From: an uncultured Gemmatimonadales bacterium | Lineage (GTDB): Bacteria; Gemmatimonadota; Gemmatimonadetes; Gemmatimonadales; JACORV01 | Length of the DNA stretch: 64,000 bases | Direction of reading: 5' to 3' | Assembly (NCBI GenBank): GCA_963835535.1 | Contig: CAWIFL010000002.1 | Coordinates: forward strand, 649,011 to 713,010 | Shown here: piece after piece, positions 19,534 to 29,117 of the stretch | How positions within the stretch are numbered: position 1 is the stretch's first letter | Layout: every line of letters starts with the position of its first letter | Program-made: the position numbers and the translations under genes | The notes under the pieces: model-generated | Told to the model about the DNA's origin: nothing | Seen by the model: the letters and a program-made list of their open reading frames with translations, nothing else | Databases searched by the model: none

Positions 19534-21090
19534 CTACGCCGCGCCGCGGCGGCGGACCACGGCCGGGATCGTGAGGAGGAGGATCTTGAGGTCCAGCCAG
19601 AGGGACCAATCGCGCAGGTACTCGGTGTCCAGGGCCACGACCTCCTCGAAGTCCACGATGTCGCTGCGGCCGCTCACCTGCCAGAGGCCGGTGATCCCGG
19701 GCTTCATGCCGAGGCGACCGAAGTGGTGGATCTCGTAGTAGTCGAGGTCGCTCTCGAAGAAGGGCCGCGGGCCGACGAGGGACATCTCTCCCTTGAGGAC
19801 GTTCCAGAGCTGCGGCAGCTCGTCGAGGCTCCAGCGCCGCAGCCACGCGCCGACGCGCGTCACCCTCGGGTCCTCGATGATCTTGAAGAGCCGCGGGTCG
19901 CCGGAATGGTTGAGATGGGCGAGCTTCCCCTTCAGGCCATCGGCGCCGTCCTGCATCGTCCTGAGCTTCCACATCCTGAACGGCCGCCCGCCGATCCCCG
20001 CGCGCCTCTGGGTGAAGAACACCGGGCCCCTGGAGCCGAGCTTGATGGCCACGGCGAGCACGGCGAAGACCGGAGAGAGAATCAACAGGCCGAGGGCGCC
20101 GGCCAGGAAGTCCATGGCACGCTTCACCAGGAACTGTTGGGCCTTGAGCGTCTGGCCGACCAGCTCGACCAGCGGCAGGCCGCGCTTCCAGACGACGACC
20201 GGGCTCACGCCGGGGACTTCGAAGACCGGCGGCACGGCGAAGATGTGGCACCCCGACGTCACGGCGTGGTCCACCACCTCGCGCAGTGTCGCCCGGTCCA
20301 CGGCGCCGCACAGCACCACCGTCTCGACCCGACGCTCGTGGATGATGCCGGGGAGCATCGCCACGTGGCCGAGGGATTCGGGATGCGCGGGCGCCGCCAC
20401 GTCCACGAAGCCCAGGACCGCGTGCTCGGAGCGGTGGGCGAAGGCCCGCTGGTTGCCGACGCTGCGGCAGGCGGCCGCGGGCCCGACCAGGACGGTGCGC
20501 GAAGACGCCGGCTGCCGGCCGATGATGCGGGCGTCCACGGCCTCGAGCGTGAGGCGGAAGACCGCAACCACGGCCCAGAGGGTCAGGGTGGTGACCGCGT
20601 ACTGCGCAGCCACGAGCGCGAGGCCATGGCCCCAGAATGGCGCCCAGAGCGGCAGGGCCGAAGCGAGCGCGCACCCGAGGAGGAGGCGGGTCGGGTCTCG
20701 CCTGTGGTCGCCGGCGCCGTAGTTGCCCGTGACCACGAGACCGGCCAGGAGCGCCGCGGCAAATTGCCACCCCCCGAACGCCGCGTCAGGGTAGAGCGAG
20801 CGGACGGGGGCGGCGAGAGCCGGCCCCAGCGCGGCACGCTCGCCGACCAGACGGTACAGCGCCCGAACCGCCCAGAACGCCGCGAGATCGGAGACGGCGA
20901 GGACGATCACCCGCGCCACCTCGCGCACCAGGTGCCGGCGCAGGATGCGGGGCGCCCGGCGCTGCAGCCCCATCTTGAGGTGGCCGGCGCCGTCTTCGCG
21001 TTCGGTTACGAGGGTCAACTCGGCCAGGTCCGCCTCACGGAGGGACGCCAGTAGGGTTTCGGCGCGTTCAAAGCTAACTTCCGCTGCCAC
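19534..21090 (-). CDS. Polyprenyl-phosphate hexose-1-phosphate transferase (WbaP/CpsE/EpsB-type initiating enzyme)
   Basis: The C-terminal catalytic domain reads KRAMDFLAGALGLLILSPVF...GSRGPVFFTQRRAGIGGRPFRMWKLRTM...DELPQLWNVLKGEMSLVGPRP. An N-terminal TM bundle plus a central Rossmann-like region are present. The true start may be internal (MGLQRR...). Confidence 0.85.
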   Translation of the reverse strand: MAAEVSFERAETLLASLREADLAELTLVTEREDGAGHLKMGLQRRAPRILRRHLVREVARVIVLAVSDLAAFWAVRALYRLVGERAALGPALAAPVRSLYPDAAFGGWQFAAALLAGLVVTGNYGAGDHRRDPTRLLLGCALASALPLWAPFWGHGLALVAAQYAVTTLTLWAVVAVFRLTLEAVDARIIGRQPASSRTVLVGPAAACRSVGNQRAFAHRSEHAVLGFVDVAAPAHPESLGHVAMLPGIIHERRVETVVLCGAVDRATLREVVDHAVTSGCHIFAVPPVFEVPGVSPVVVWKRGLPLVELVGQTLKAQQFLVKRAMDFLAGALGLLILSPVFAVLAVAIKLGSRGPVFFTQRRAGIGGRPFRMWKLRTMQDGADGLKGKLAHLNHSGDPRLFKIIEDPRVTRVGAWLRRWSLDELPQLWNVLKGEMSLVGPRPFFESDLDYYEIHHFGRLGMKPGITGLWQVSGRSDIVDFEEVVALDTEYLRDWSLWLDLKILLLTIPAVVRRRGAA

Positions 21091-21115
21091 GAGCGGCTAC
21101 TGACATTGCGCGCCT

Positions 21116-21170
21116 CTCTTGACGGATGGGGTGACGTGAAGCACATTCACTTTGCCATGCAAAGTACTTT
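21116..21170 (+). promoter_or_regulatory. Candidate promoter/5' element of exporter gene 2 (block shared with 4202-4256)
   Basis: CTCTTGACGG (21116-21125). Its TTGACG ends 32 nt before ATG 21157. TGCAAAGTACTTT follows at 21158-21170. It lies in a 66-bp divergent intergenic region. Confidence 0.4.
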
Positions 21171-23832
21171 TTCGCGCCCGATCGTGTTCCTGGTGGCCCT
21201 GGAGCTGGGGTTGACAGCTTCTCGGGGGCGGCTGGGTGGTCGCTACACCCTACACCCTACACCCTATCACCCTCGCCTTTGGCCGCCCAGCAGATCCCTA
21301 CTAGGCCCGCCAACGTCTCCGACCAGCAGCTGCAGCAGTACACCCAGCAGCCGGGGATGGGGGCCCAGATCCAGCAGGCGATCCAGCAGAGCGGCCTGAC
21401 GCCGGACCAGATCAGGGCGCGCCTGCGCGCGGCGGGATACCCCGAGAACCTGATTGACCAGTACATGCAGGCCCCGGCGGCCGGGCAGGCGGTGCCGAAC
21501 CCCACAGCGCAAATGCTGAGAGCGGTGTCGGCTTTGGGCATCGGCACCTTTGGAGCGCTTCCCGATACGCTTGCCGCCCGCCGCGACTCGATCTTCCTGA
21601 CGCGCGACGATTCCCTGCTCCTCGACTCCCTCGGCTTCACGATCGGCGTGGACTCGATCCCGACCAGGCGGGATACGCTCGGCTTCCTGCGCATAGACTC
21701 GCTGGCCACGTTCCGGTTGGCGGAGCGGGTGCACCGCCTGCGAGTCTTCGGCCTCGACGTCTTCCGGCGCACGACGACGCAGTTCAATCCCGCGGCCACC
21801 GGGCCTGTGGACCCCGACTACCGGCTCGGGCCGGGTGACCAGCTCGTGCTGATCCTCACCGGGGATGTGGAGACGGGTGTCGAGCTACCCGTCACACGGG
21901 AGGGCTTCATCGTCATCCCGCAGGTGGGGCAGCTCTACGTGGCCAACCTCACGATGGACCAGCTCCGGGACCTGCTCTACTCGCGGCTGGGACGGGTGTA
22001 CTCGGGGGTCAAGCGCGGGGCAGGCGCGACCACGCACTTCCAGGTCGCCGTGTCGCAGGTCAGGGTGAATCAGATCTTCGTGACCGGCGAGGTGGCGCGG
22101 CCCGGCGCATTCTCGGTGAGCGCTCTGGGCACGGTGATGAACGCGCTTTACGCCGCGGGCGGGCCGACCGAGCACGCCGACTTCCGTGGGGTGAAGGTGA
22201 TGCGGGCCGGGAAGGCGGTCGCGACGCTCGACCTTTACGACTATCTGCTGTCGGGGAACACTCGCAACGACGTCCGGCTCGAGCAGGGCGACGTGGTCTT
22301 CGTGCCACCCGTGAGCCGTCGCGTGGAGATCCGGGGCCAGGTGATGCGGCCGGCGCTGTACGATCTGGCCCAGGGGCAAGACCTCCGCGAATTGATCCAG
22401 ATGGCCGGCGGACTTCTGCCGCAGGCGTACACGGGGCGTGCGCAGATCGAGCGAATTCTCCCGCCCGACCAGCGGCCGCCGGGGGGCCGGGACCGCACCG
22501 TGGTGGACGTGGATCTCGCGGCTGCGCTGGGTCCCGGTGCCCCGTCCGTCCAGCTGGAGCCGGACGACCGGATCACGATCTTCGGCGTGAGCGTTCCGGT
22601 CAGGAACCGCGTCGTCGTCAAGGGCGACGTGTGGCGGCCGGGGGCGTACCAGGTCGATTCGGGGATGAAGCTGACCCAGCTCATCGCGGAGGCCGGAGGG
22701 CTGAAGCCCGACGCGTATCTGGACCGCGCGCACATCGTGCGATTGAACCCGGATTCGACTCGGGTCCTGATCCCGGTCAGCCTCGTGGGCATCCCGCCCC
22801 AAGGCGCGCCGGACTCCGGGCCCGCCGACACCCTACACCCTACACCCTACACCCATCTTGCCCCTACTGGGCATATCGCGTTCGATCCAGATCTCCAAGA
22901 GTTCGACGAAGTTACAGTCTATTCACGCACGGCCTTCCGCCCGACGCGGCAGATCGTGGTGTACGGCAACGTCCAGCATCCCGGCTTGTTCGCGTTCACC
23001 GACTCCCTGACCTTGCGGGACGCGGTGATGATGGCCGGGGGCTTGAGGGACGACGCGTACCTGTTGGAGGCGGAGATCTCGCGGATCCCCGAGCATCGGA
23101 CGGAGGGGGAGCTGGCCCGCGTGATCCAGGTCCCGCTCGATTCCAGCTACGTGTTCGACCCGACCGGCTACCTCAGCCGGCCGGCCGGGTCGGCCGCTCG
23201 GTCGCCCCGGCTCGAGCCGTACGACAACATCTTCATCAGGCGGGTCCCGGGCTGGGACCTCCAGCGGAACGTCTACATCACGGGCGAAGTGAAGTTCCCC
23301 GGCCGGTACACGCTCACGCGTCGCGACGAGAAGTTGCTGGATGTCCTCGACAGGGCCGGCGGGCTCACGCCGGACGCGTACATCGGCGGGGCGCAGTTCT
23401 ATCGAGCGCAGGGGAATGCGGGCCGCGTCGGCATTGACCTGAACAGGATCCTGAAGGACTCGACGTACAGGGACAACATGATCCTGTTCGCCGGCGACTC
23501 GCTGTACGTGCCGCAGTACCAGCCGGTGGTCTCGGTGGAAGGCGGCGTCAACAGCCCGGTGACGGTCGCCTATGTGCCCGGGCAGGGTACGTCGTACTAC
23601 ATTGACCGGGCGGGCGGGTTCTCGCGGCGCGCGGACAAAGGGCGGACCTACGTGGTGCAGCCCAACGGCTCGGTCGAGCGCGCGCAGCGCCACGCCGCAG
23701 CCGGGGGCGCGCGTCGTGGTGCCCGAGGTGCCGCCGGGTGAGGAGAGGACCAACTGGGCCGGGATTCTGAGCGCCGTCGCGACCATCCTCACCAGCGCGC
23801 TGACGATCGTGCTGGTGGTCCAGCGCCTGTGA
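21157..23832 (+). CDS. Outer-membrane polysaccharide export protein (OPX/Wza-family, multi-SLBB), paralogue 2; two frameshifts as assembled
   Basis: The main ORF 21279-23741 is collinear with paralogue 1. The N-terminus (MQSTFSRPIVFLVALELGLTAS) lies in another frame, with the switch at the G5 run 21224-21228. The C-terminal helix (NWAGILSAVATILTSALTIVLVV) lies in ORF 23572-23832, with the switch in the GC-dinucleotide run 23678-23685. Confidence 0.8.
21243..21270 (+). repeat. 7-bp tandem repeat (CTACACC) x3 perfect plus 1 imperfect unit in the 5' coding region of exporter 2
   Basis: Direct reading gives ctacacc ctacacc ctacacc ctatcac. It shares an identical 22-nt stretch (acaccctacaccctacacccta) with 22828-22849. 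Confidence 0.85.
22828..22855 (+). repeat. 7-bp tandem repeat (ACACCCT) x3 perfect plus 1 imperfect unit in the interior of exporter 2
   Basis: Direct reading gives acaccct acaccct acaccct acaccca, which encodes DTLHPTPYTH. The aligned position in paralogue 1 has no equivalent insert. Confidence 0.85.
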
Positions 23833-23963
23833 CGCCGGAGGCGTGAGCCGGCCGCCTTCGCCGTGCAGATGAGTTGGGACGATCATGGTACGGCACACAT
23901 CTCCGTCGAGCCGGCTTAGAACCGAAAATCGCCGGCCCGTCGGGCTTAGGGCCTGCCAGGCAT

Positions 23964-24854
23964 CTAGCGGAAGACGAAGTAGAACAGCCGGCCGTACACT
24001 TCCCGCCAAGCCAGTTCCGTCAGTCTGAGCGCCTCCGCCGTCGGCAGAAAATCGAGCACGCTGAAGGCGCGGTGCGCCGACACCTGAAAGTCCACCGGAA
24101 AAGGCACCACCGTCATCCCGGCGCCCTCGAAGAGGCGCCGGGCACGTGCCATGTGGTAAGCGGAGGTCACCAGGAGAACGCGCGGAGCGGTCGCCCGGTC
24201 TGCCGGCGCCGAAAGCCGGCCCCGCAGGAGCGTCGCCACGGCCAGCGCCTCTTCCGCGGTGTTCGTGACACGACCGGTGGTCAAGATGCCGCCGGCGGGC
24301 ACTCCCATCTCCTTGGCATAGCCGGCAAGGACCTCGCCCTCCGGCTCGGCCTGGGGTCTCCCCGGCACCAGGCCATTGGTGAACACCAGCAGCGGCGCCT
24401 TCCCCGCCTTGAACAGCTCCACGCCGCCGAAGAAGCGATCGGGATCCTCCCATTCGCTGATGGCGGCTTTGCCCGGAGCCACAATGCGCCCCCCGCTCAA
24501 TACGACGATGGCGTCGGCCCCGGGCGCGTTCGTGGCCGGTATCCTCTCCGCCGATCCTTCCACCGCCCGGATCACCAGCGCGCTCACCAGAGGCGTGCTG
24601 CTCAGCCACAACAGCGCGAGGCCGGCCCAGATCAGAGCCCGGCGGCGCATCCAGAGTCCGGCCAGCACCAGGAACAGCGTGATGCCGACCGGCAGGAAGA
24701 AGACGGGGAGGGCTCTGTGGAGGTAGATCAGGTTCCCGTCACCTGCTTGTAGACGCTGAGAGTCTGGGCAGCGATGGCCTCCCAACCGTATCGCTCGCGC
24801 TGCAGCTGGCGCGCGTTCCGTGCCATCCAGGCCCTGGTATCGCCCTCGAGACAT
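23964..24854 (-). CDS. DUF218 (YdcF/ElyC/SanA-like) membrane-anchored protein; start uncertain
   Basis: N-terminal TM segments (LPVFFLPVGITLFLVLAGLWMRRR, LIWAGLALLWL) followed by the DUF218 core (DAIVVLSGG..., VLLVTSAYHMARA). The ATG at 24854 would overlap the upstream GT4 by 127 nt, so the real start is probably nearer 24740. Confidence 0.7.
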   Translation of the reverse strand: MSRGRYQGLDGTERAPAAARAIRLGGHRCPDSQRLQAGDGNLIYLHRALPVFFLPVGITLFLVLAGLWMRRRALIWAGLALLWLSSTPLVSALVIRAVEGSAERIPATNAPGADAIVVLSGGRIVAPGKAAISEWEDPDRFFGGVELFKAGKAPLLVFTNGLVPGRPQAEPEGEVLAGYAKEMGVPAGGILTTGRVTNTAEEALAVATLLRGRLSAPADRATAPRVLLVTSAYHMARARRLFEGAGMTVVPFPVDFQVSAHRAFSVLDFLPTAEALRLTELAWREVYGRLFYFVFR

Positions 24855-25903
24855 CGCGCCACCGCTGTCGCGATTGCGGCGGCGTCCCTAGGCAGCACCA
24901 GGTAGCCGGTTACTCCGTCCTCGATCATCTCCGACAGCCCCCCTACTCGGGTCGACACCACGGGAATGCCGGCGGCGTAAGCCATGGCTGTGCTCCCGCT
25001 CTGGGATGCCGTCACATAGGGTTGCACCAGCACATCTGTCGCCGAGACATACGCCTGGAGATCGGCCAGCGGCAGGTAGCGCACGTCGAGGATACAGTTC
25101 TGCGCGCCACAGCTGCGGTCCAGGCGCGCTTCGACCTCTTCCTTGCTGCCCGCGAGTATCGAGCCCGCGATCACGAAGAACGTCTCAGGTTGCAGCCTGC
25201 GAATGAGGGGCAGCGAGTCAATGAAGTACTCCAGGCCCTTGTAAGGCCGGATGTGGCCCAGGAAGCTGATGACGCTCCTGCCCGCGGCGCGTCGTCTCAC
25301 CTGCGCGAGGAGACCCTGGTTCGCCGGGCACGCCGCGAACAGCGGTCCGTAGTCGCCGTGGGGGATGACCGATATCTTGCCGGCGCTGATACCCGCCCGG
25401 TCCACGATCTCCCGCCGGGTATACTCGCTTAAGGCTATCACGTGGTCGACCTGCTGGTAGATCCGCGTGAAGGACCTCACGTGCCCCGGCTTGAACTCCT
25501 GCGGAAAGGGGTTGTGGGCCGTGTAGACGACCTTACGTCCCATCAGGCGAAGGGTCCGGATCACCCACCGATCGACCGCCGGCCAGGGTGCCCACATGAC
25601 GTGAACGAGCGTGATGCGCCTGATCAGCACGTACGACAGCAGCATCACCCAGTCGAGAGGGTACTCAAGCGCCCGCAGCGCTCTCCGCACAACGGCGGAT
25701 GTCGTGATCCGTCCCGCCGCCCACGCCACGAGGAAGAAGGGGCGTATGACTCGCAAGCGCGGGGGATCAGGAAGCCCCTCGTAGGGAAATCTGGTGGTGG
25801 CGTAAACGACGGCCGCGCCGTTCCGTGCCAGATGCGACAGCAGGCAGAAATTGTAGTTCGCGGAGAACAGAGCGGGGTCCACCACCAAGTAGCTGGGAGT
25901 CAT
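24728..25903 (-). CDS. GT4 glycosyltransferase
   Basis: ATG 25903 (MTPSYLVVDPA) forms an ATGA overlap with the upstream stop. C-terminal QPYVTASQSGSTAMAYAAGIPVVSTRVGGLSEMI signature. The rest of the 565-aa ORF upstream is antisense read-through. Confidence 0.75.
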   Translation of the reverse strand: MTPSYLVVDPALFSANYNFCLLSHLARNGAAVVYATTRFPYEGLPDPPRLRVIRPFFLVAWAAGRITTSAVVRRALRALEYPLDWVMLLSYVLIRRITLVHVMWAPWPAVDRWVIRTLRLMGRKVVYTAHNPFPQEFKPGHVRSFTRIYQQVDHVIALSEYTRREIVDRAGISAGKISVIPHGDYGPLFAACPANQGLLAQVRRRAAGRSVISFLGHIRPYKGLEYFIDSLPLIRRLQPETFFVIAGSILAGSKEEVEARLDRSCGAQNCILDVRYLPLADLQAYVSATDVLVQPYVTASQSGSTAMAYAAGIPVVSTRVGGLSEMIEDGVTGYLVLPRDAAAIATAVARCLEGDTRAWMARNARQLQRERYGWEAIAAQTLSVYKQVTGT

Positions 25904-27102
25904 GTCTGTGGGGACGGAGCGCGGTGATCCAGCTGCGTACCGAGGATCGCCGACAGGCGGGCCACCCCCGCGGAGAACGAAAAGCGCTGCACGTAGAGAG
26001 TCTGAATCCGTCGGCGCGTCGCAAGGTCCGGCGGCGCCAGTCGCACGCGCTCCAGCGCGGCGACACACTCGTCCGGCCAGCGAAACACCTGGAGCAGCGG
26101 ACTCGGAAGCAGGTCCGCGTACCCACGCGCCGATACCGCGTGACTGACGACCGGCAAGCCGCAGCGCAGGCCGTCGCTCACCCGCAACTTCAACCCGCTG
26201 CCCAGGCGGAACGGCGCGACGTAGACATCGGCGTGCCGGACGACGGCATCCATCTCCCCGGGATCCGGCACCAGGCGGACACCGGCCTGCGCCACCAACC
26301 GTCGGACCTTGCTGGTCGGCGCACGCCCGGCCACAGTCACCATCACGTCCGGCACCCGGGCCTTGAGCCGCGGGTAGATTTCCGTGAGGAACCAAGCCAC
26401 ACCGTCCACGGTCTGCGCATCGCACAACGATCCCGTGGTCACGACATGGAATGGCCGCCTGTCCGGCGACTCCACATCCGGCGTGGTTGGCGACAATCTG
26501 TCGAAGCGGGCAAAGGTCCCGAGGACCTCCGTGGCCCGGCCTTCTGCCATCCCATACAAGTCACGCAGGCGCTCCTGGTCCTCACGGGTCATCGCCAAGT
26601 TGATGGAGCTGTGGTGCACGGCCATCCGCTCGTTCTTCCTGATGACGTGGACGAGCCGGGGACGGAGGAGGACATTCGATTCAGTGCTGGCGATGTAGTC
26701 AACTTCCACGTTATGATGCACCGTCACCACGGGAATGCCCATACCAGCCAAGCGGGGGGCGAAACGGCCGATTCGCGAGCGGTCGAGCAGGGCGAGCGCA
26801 GGAAGCTCCTCGGCGGCCGAGAGCCACCGGTCCACGAACGGAGACAGCAAGTCGTAACCGCGCGCTGTGGCGAGCCACCACACCTTCTGCCAGGTGCTGC
26901 GACGCGGGACCACGACGTACCGGCCGGCGGGCCTGGGCAAGGGGACACTTTGCAGCTCCTCTCGTCCGATGATCGTCAGGCAGGCTCCATACAGGTAGCT
27001 CATGGCCTGCAGCAGCGCCACGGTATGCTGCACGCCTCCGCCGCCCGAGGTTCCGGACGCCGTGAGGAACCAGACCGCCCCCCCCCGATGCACGTCAGGC
27101 AC
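25900..27102 (-). CDS. GT-B fold glycosyltransferase (GT1/GT4-like)
   Basis: 400-aa ORF. The C-terminal half reads VVTTGSL...VDGVAWFLTEIYPRL...VTVAGRAP...DVYVAPFRLGSGLKLRVSDGLRCGLPVVS, typical of Glyco_trans_1-type domains. Confidence 0.6.
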   Translation of the reverse strand: MPDVHRGGAVWFLTASGTSGGGGVQHTVALLQAMSYLYGACLTIIGREELQSVPLPRPAGRYVVVPRRSTWQKVWWLATARGYDLLSPFVDRWLSAAEELPALALLDRSRIGRFAPRLAGMGIPVVTVHHNVEVDYIASTESNVLLRPRLVHVIRKNERMAVHHSSINLAMTREDQERLRDLYGMAEGRATEVLGTFARFDRLSPTTPDVESPDRRPFHVVTTGSLCDAQTVDGVAWFLTEIYPRLKARVPDVMVTVAGRAPTSKVRRLVAQAGVRLVPDPGEMDAVVRHADVYVAPFRLGSGLKLRVSDGLRCGLPVVSHAVSARGYADLLPSPLLQVFRWPDECVAALERVRLAPPDLATRRRIQTLYVQRFSFSAGVARLSAILGTQLDHRAPSPQT

Positions 27103-28435
27103 GGAGCCTCGCCAGGACCCTGGCGAACACGTCCTTCTCCGCTGCCGTCACCCAAGCGACCCGCCAGCGAAACCCGGTCCTCCCGTGCACGTAGGCGAGT
27201 GTCAGAACAGTCATCAGGATGCCTCCGAGGACGTTCCCCATCGCCAGCCCCTTCGCCCCCTCGAGCCTCCCCAGGATCACATAGCAGGCGAGCGTTCCCA
27301 GCGCCGAAGGCAGCACCGCCAGGAAAAAGACCTCCTGGATCCGGTGGACAACGGTGCCATAGGAAATGAGCGGTCGGAAGGTGTTGTACAAGCACAGCCC
27401 CGCGACGATGTAGAACCCCAGCGTGTAGATCTCTTCGACGTCTCTTCCGACAACGATCTGGATCGCAAGCCGACCCAGGAGGGCATACGCCACCAAAACC
27501 GCGAGGCTCACGAGGAAGCAGTACTTGACGAAGAGGAACGTGATCTCATCCTGGCGCCGCGCGTCCTGGGTGTGGCTGAGCCCCAACGTCGCGTTGTACT
27601 GGAGGATCTGGGGCACGACCTTGGTGAAGTTCCCCATCTGCAGGGCGATGTTGTAGTTCCCCACGGTGCGGAACGGTGCCCCCAGCCAGCCGAGGATCAG
27701 GAGGTCCGCCCGGTAGATGACGTTGGTCATGACGCCGATCAGGTGTGACCAGAGCGAGAAGCCGACCAGGCTCTCCAGGATCAACCGGCGGCTGCCAGAG
27801 CCGCCGAGAACGCCACGCAGGGGGAAGATCCTCCTCGCGTATCCGGCCGTCAGCGCCAGGCCGACAAACGCGACCGCCGCGTTCTTCACCGAAACGTAGA
27901 GCGCGGTGGGCACCAGGAGCGCCCCCGCCGACACGGTGATGTTGGTCACCGAGGACACCAGGTTCACCCTGGTGAGCATCGCCTGGCGGAAATCCACGTT
28001 GAGCAGGGTCGTGAATGGCTCGGCCACGTACAACAGCATGATGGATAGGGCGTTCACGGCCAGAACCAGGAGCATGGCGGGATCGTCATACCTGCGATAC
28101 AGGAAGAGGCCGATCCCCACGCTTAGGACCAGGACCACGAGGCACTTCGCGAGCGCGAACAGCACGAACGCTCGCATGTACTCGCGGATCCGCCCCTTGA
28201 CCTTCTCGTAGTCGCGCAACAGGACGGCGCTCACGCTCACGTTCAGCATGTTGAAGATCACGCCGTAGCTCAGGACGACGGACAGCATCCCGTACTCCTG
28301 CCGCGTGAGCGAGCGCACAATCAGCGTCGTCACGACCAGGACCGTGATGACATCGAGCGCCCGCTGGATCCCCATGTTCAGGATGGACAGCCCGACATTG
28401 TCGCGAAGGGACGGGCGCGTCCCGGCGTCCGTCAT
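27095..28435 (-). CDS. Wzx-type polysaccharide flippase (MOP superfamily) 2
   Basis: Intact polytopic ORF of about 12 TM segments. ATG 28435 (MTDAGTRPSLRDNVGLSILN) forms an ATGA overlap with the upstream acetyltransferase stop. Confidence 0.75.
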   Translation of the reverse strand: MTDAGTRPSLRDNVGLSILNMGIQRALDVITVLVVTTLIVRSLTRQEYGMLSVVLSYGVIFNMLNVSVSAVLLRDYEKVKGRIREYMRAFVLFALAKCLVVLVLSVGIGLFLYRRYDDPAMLLVLAVNALSIMLLYVAEPFTTLLNVDFRQAMLTRVNLVSSVTNITVSAGALLVPTALYVSVKNAAVAFVGLALTAGYARRIFPLRGVLGGSGSRRLILESLVGFSLWSHLIGVMTNVIYRADLLILGWLGAPFRTVGNYNIALQMGNFTKVVPQILQYNATLGLSHTQDARRQDEITFLFVKYCFLVSLAVLVAYALLGRLAIQIVVGRDVEEIYTLGFYIVAGLCLYNTFRPLISYGTVVHRIQEVFFLAVLPSALGTLACYVILGRLEGAKGLAMGNVLGGILMTVLTLAYVHGRTGFRWRVAWVTAAEKDVFARVLARLRA

Positions 28436-29070
28436 GTCCCGCCGGCGGACCGGTTCTCCCACCGGCCCGTGAGATGGTTGTAACGCTTGACGATCGCTGC
28501 GGGATTGCCAGCGACCACGCAGTAGTCAGGCACGGGCACGGTGACGACGGCGTTGGCCCCGACGACGACGTTGCGCCCGAGGGTCACGCCGCCGAGCACG
28601 CAGGCGCCGCGCCCGATCCAGCTCCCCCGTCCGATCCGGATCGGTCCGGTGCTAAAAGGCTGCTGCTCCTTGATCGGCCTGTGAATGTCATCGTAGCCGT
28701 GATTCCCGTTGATGAGCTGGACGAAGGCCGCGAACAGGCAATCATCTTCGATCACGATTTCGTCGAAGGAGGCGACGACGTGCGCGAACCCGTTCGCGAA
28801 CCGGACGTTCTTGCCGATGACGAGCCGGCTCGCAGGCGTCGCCAGCAGGTGCGTGTACTCATCGAACTGGCAGTTGTCGCCGATCGAGATGTTTTCCGGG
28901 CACGAGATCTTCACGCTTCTCGGAATGACAGGGCCGTAGTGCCTCCCCCACCCGATGTTGTCTCCGTAGGCTCCGAAGATCCGTCGGTAGTACGGAAGGA
29001 ACACGAGGCGATACGGAACCCGGAGCAACCGATTGCCGATCCGTCGCGCCAGGCTGTTCGTCAGGAACAC
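28432..29070 (-). CDS. Hexapeptide-repeat (LbH) O-acetyltransferase
   Basis: Left-handed beta-helix repeats: IGDNCQF, IGKNVRF, IGRGSWIGRGACVLGGVTLGRNVVVGANAVV. Confidence 0.8.
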   Translation of the reverse strand: MFLTNSLARRIGNRLLRVPYRLVFLPYYRRIFGAYGDNIGWGRHYGPVIPRSVKISCPENISIGDNCQFDEYTHLLATPASRLVIGKNVRFANGFAHVVASFDEIVIEDDCLFAAFVQLINGNHGYDDIHRPIKEQQPFSTGPIRIGRGSWIGRGACVLGGVTLGRNVVVGANAVVTVPVPDYCVVAGNPAAIVKRYNHLTGRWENRSAGGT

Positions 29071-29117
29071 GGGAACCCGCTCGGTTTGGGGGTCGAGGCG
29101 TCCACATGCACGGCCTT

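Noticed and set aside
23830-23963. Possible terminator between the convergent exporter-2 and DUF218 genes
   Set aside because: Only short imperfect stems are present (ACGCC-GGA-GGCGT at 23832-23844, GGCCC...GGGCC near 23934-23952) and there is no U-tract. That is not enough to call a terminator.
25904-26425. N-terminal 174-aa extension of the 565-aa ORF 24728-26425
   Set aside because: It overlaps the well-supported GT gene 25900-27102 in another frame. The GT4 homology begins at ATG 25903, which forms an ATGA overlap with the upstream stop.
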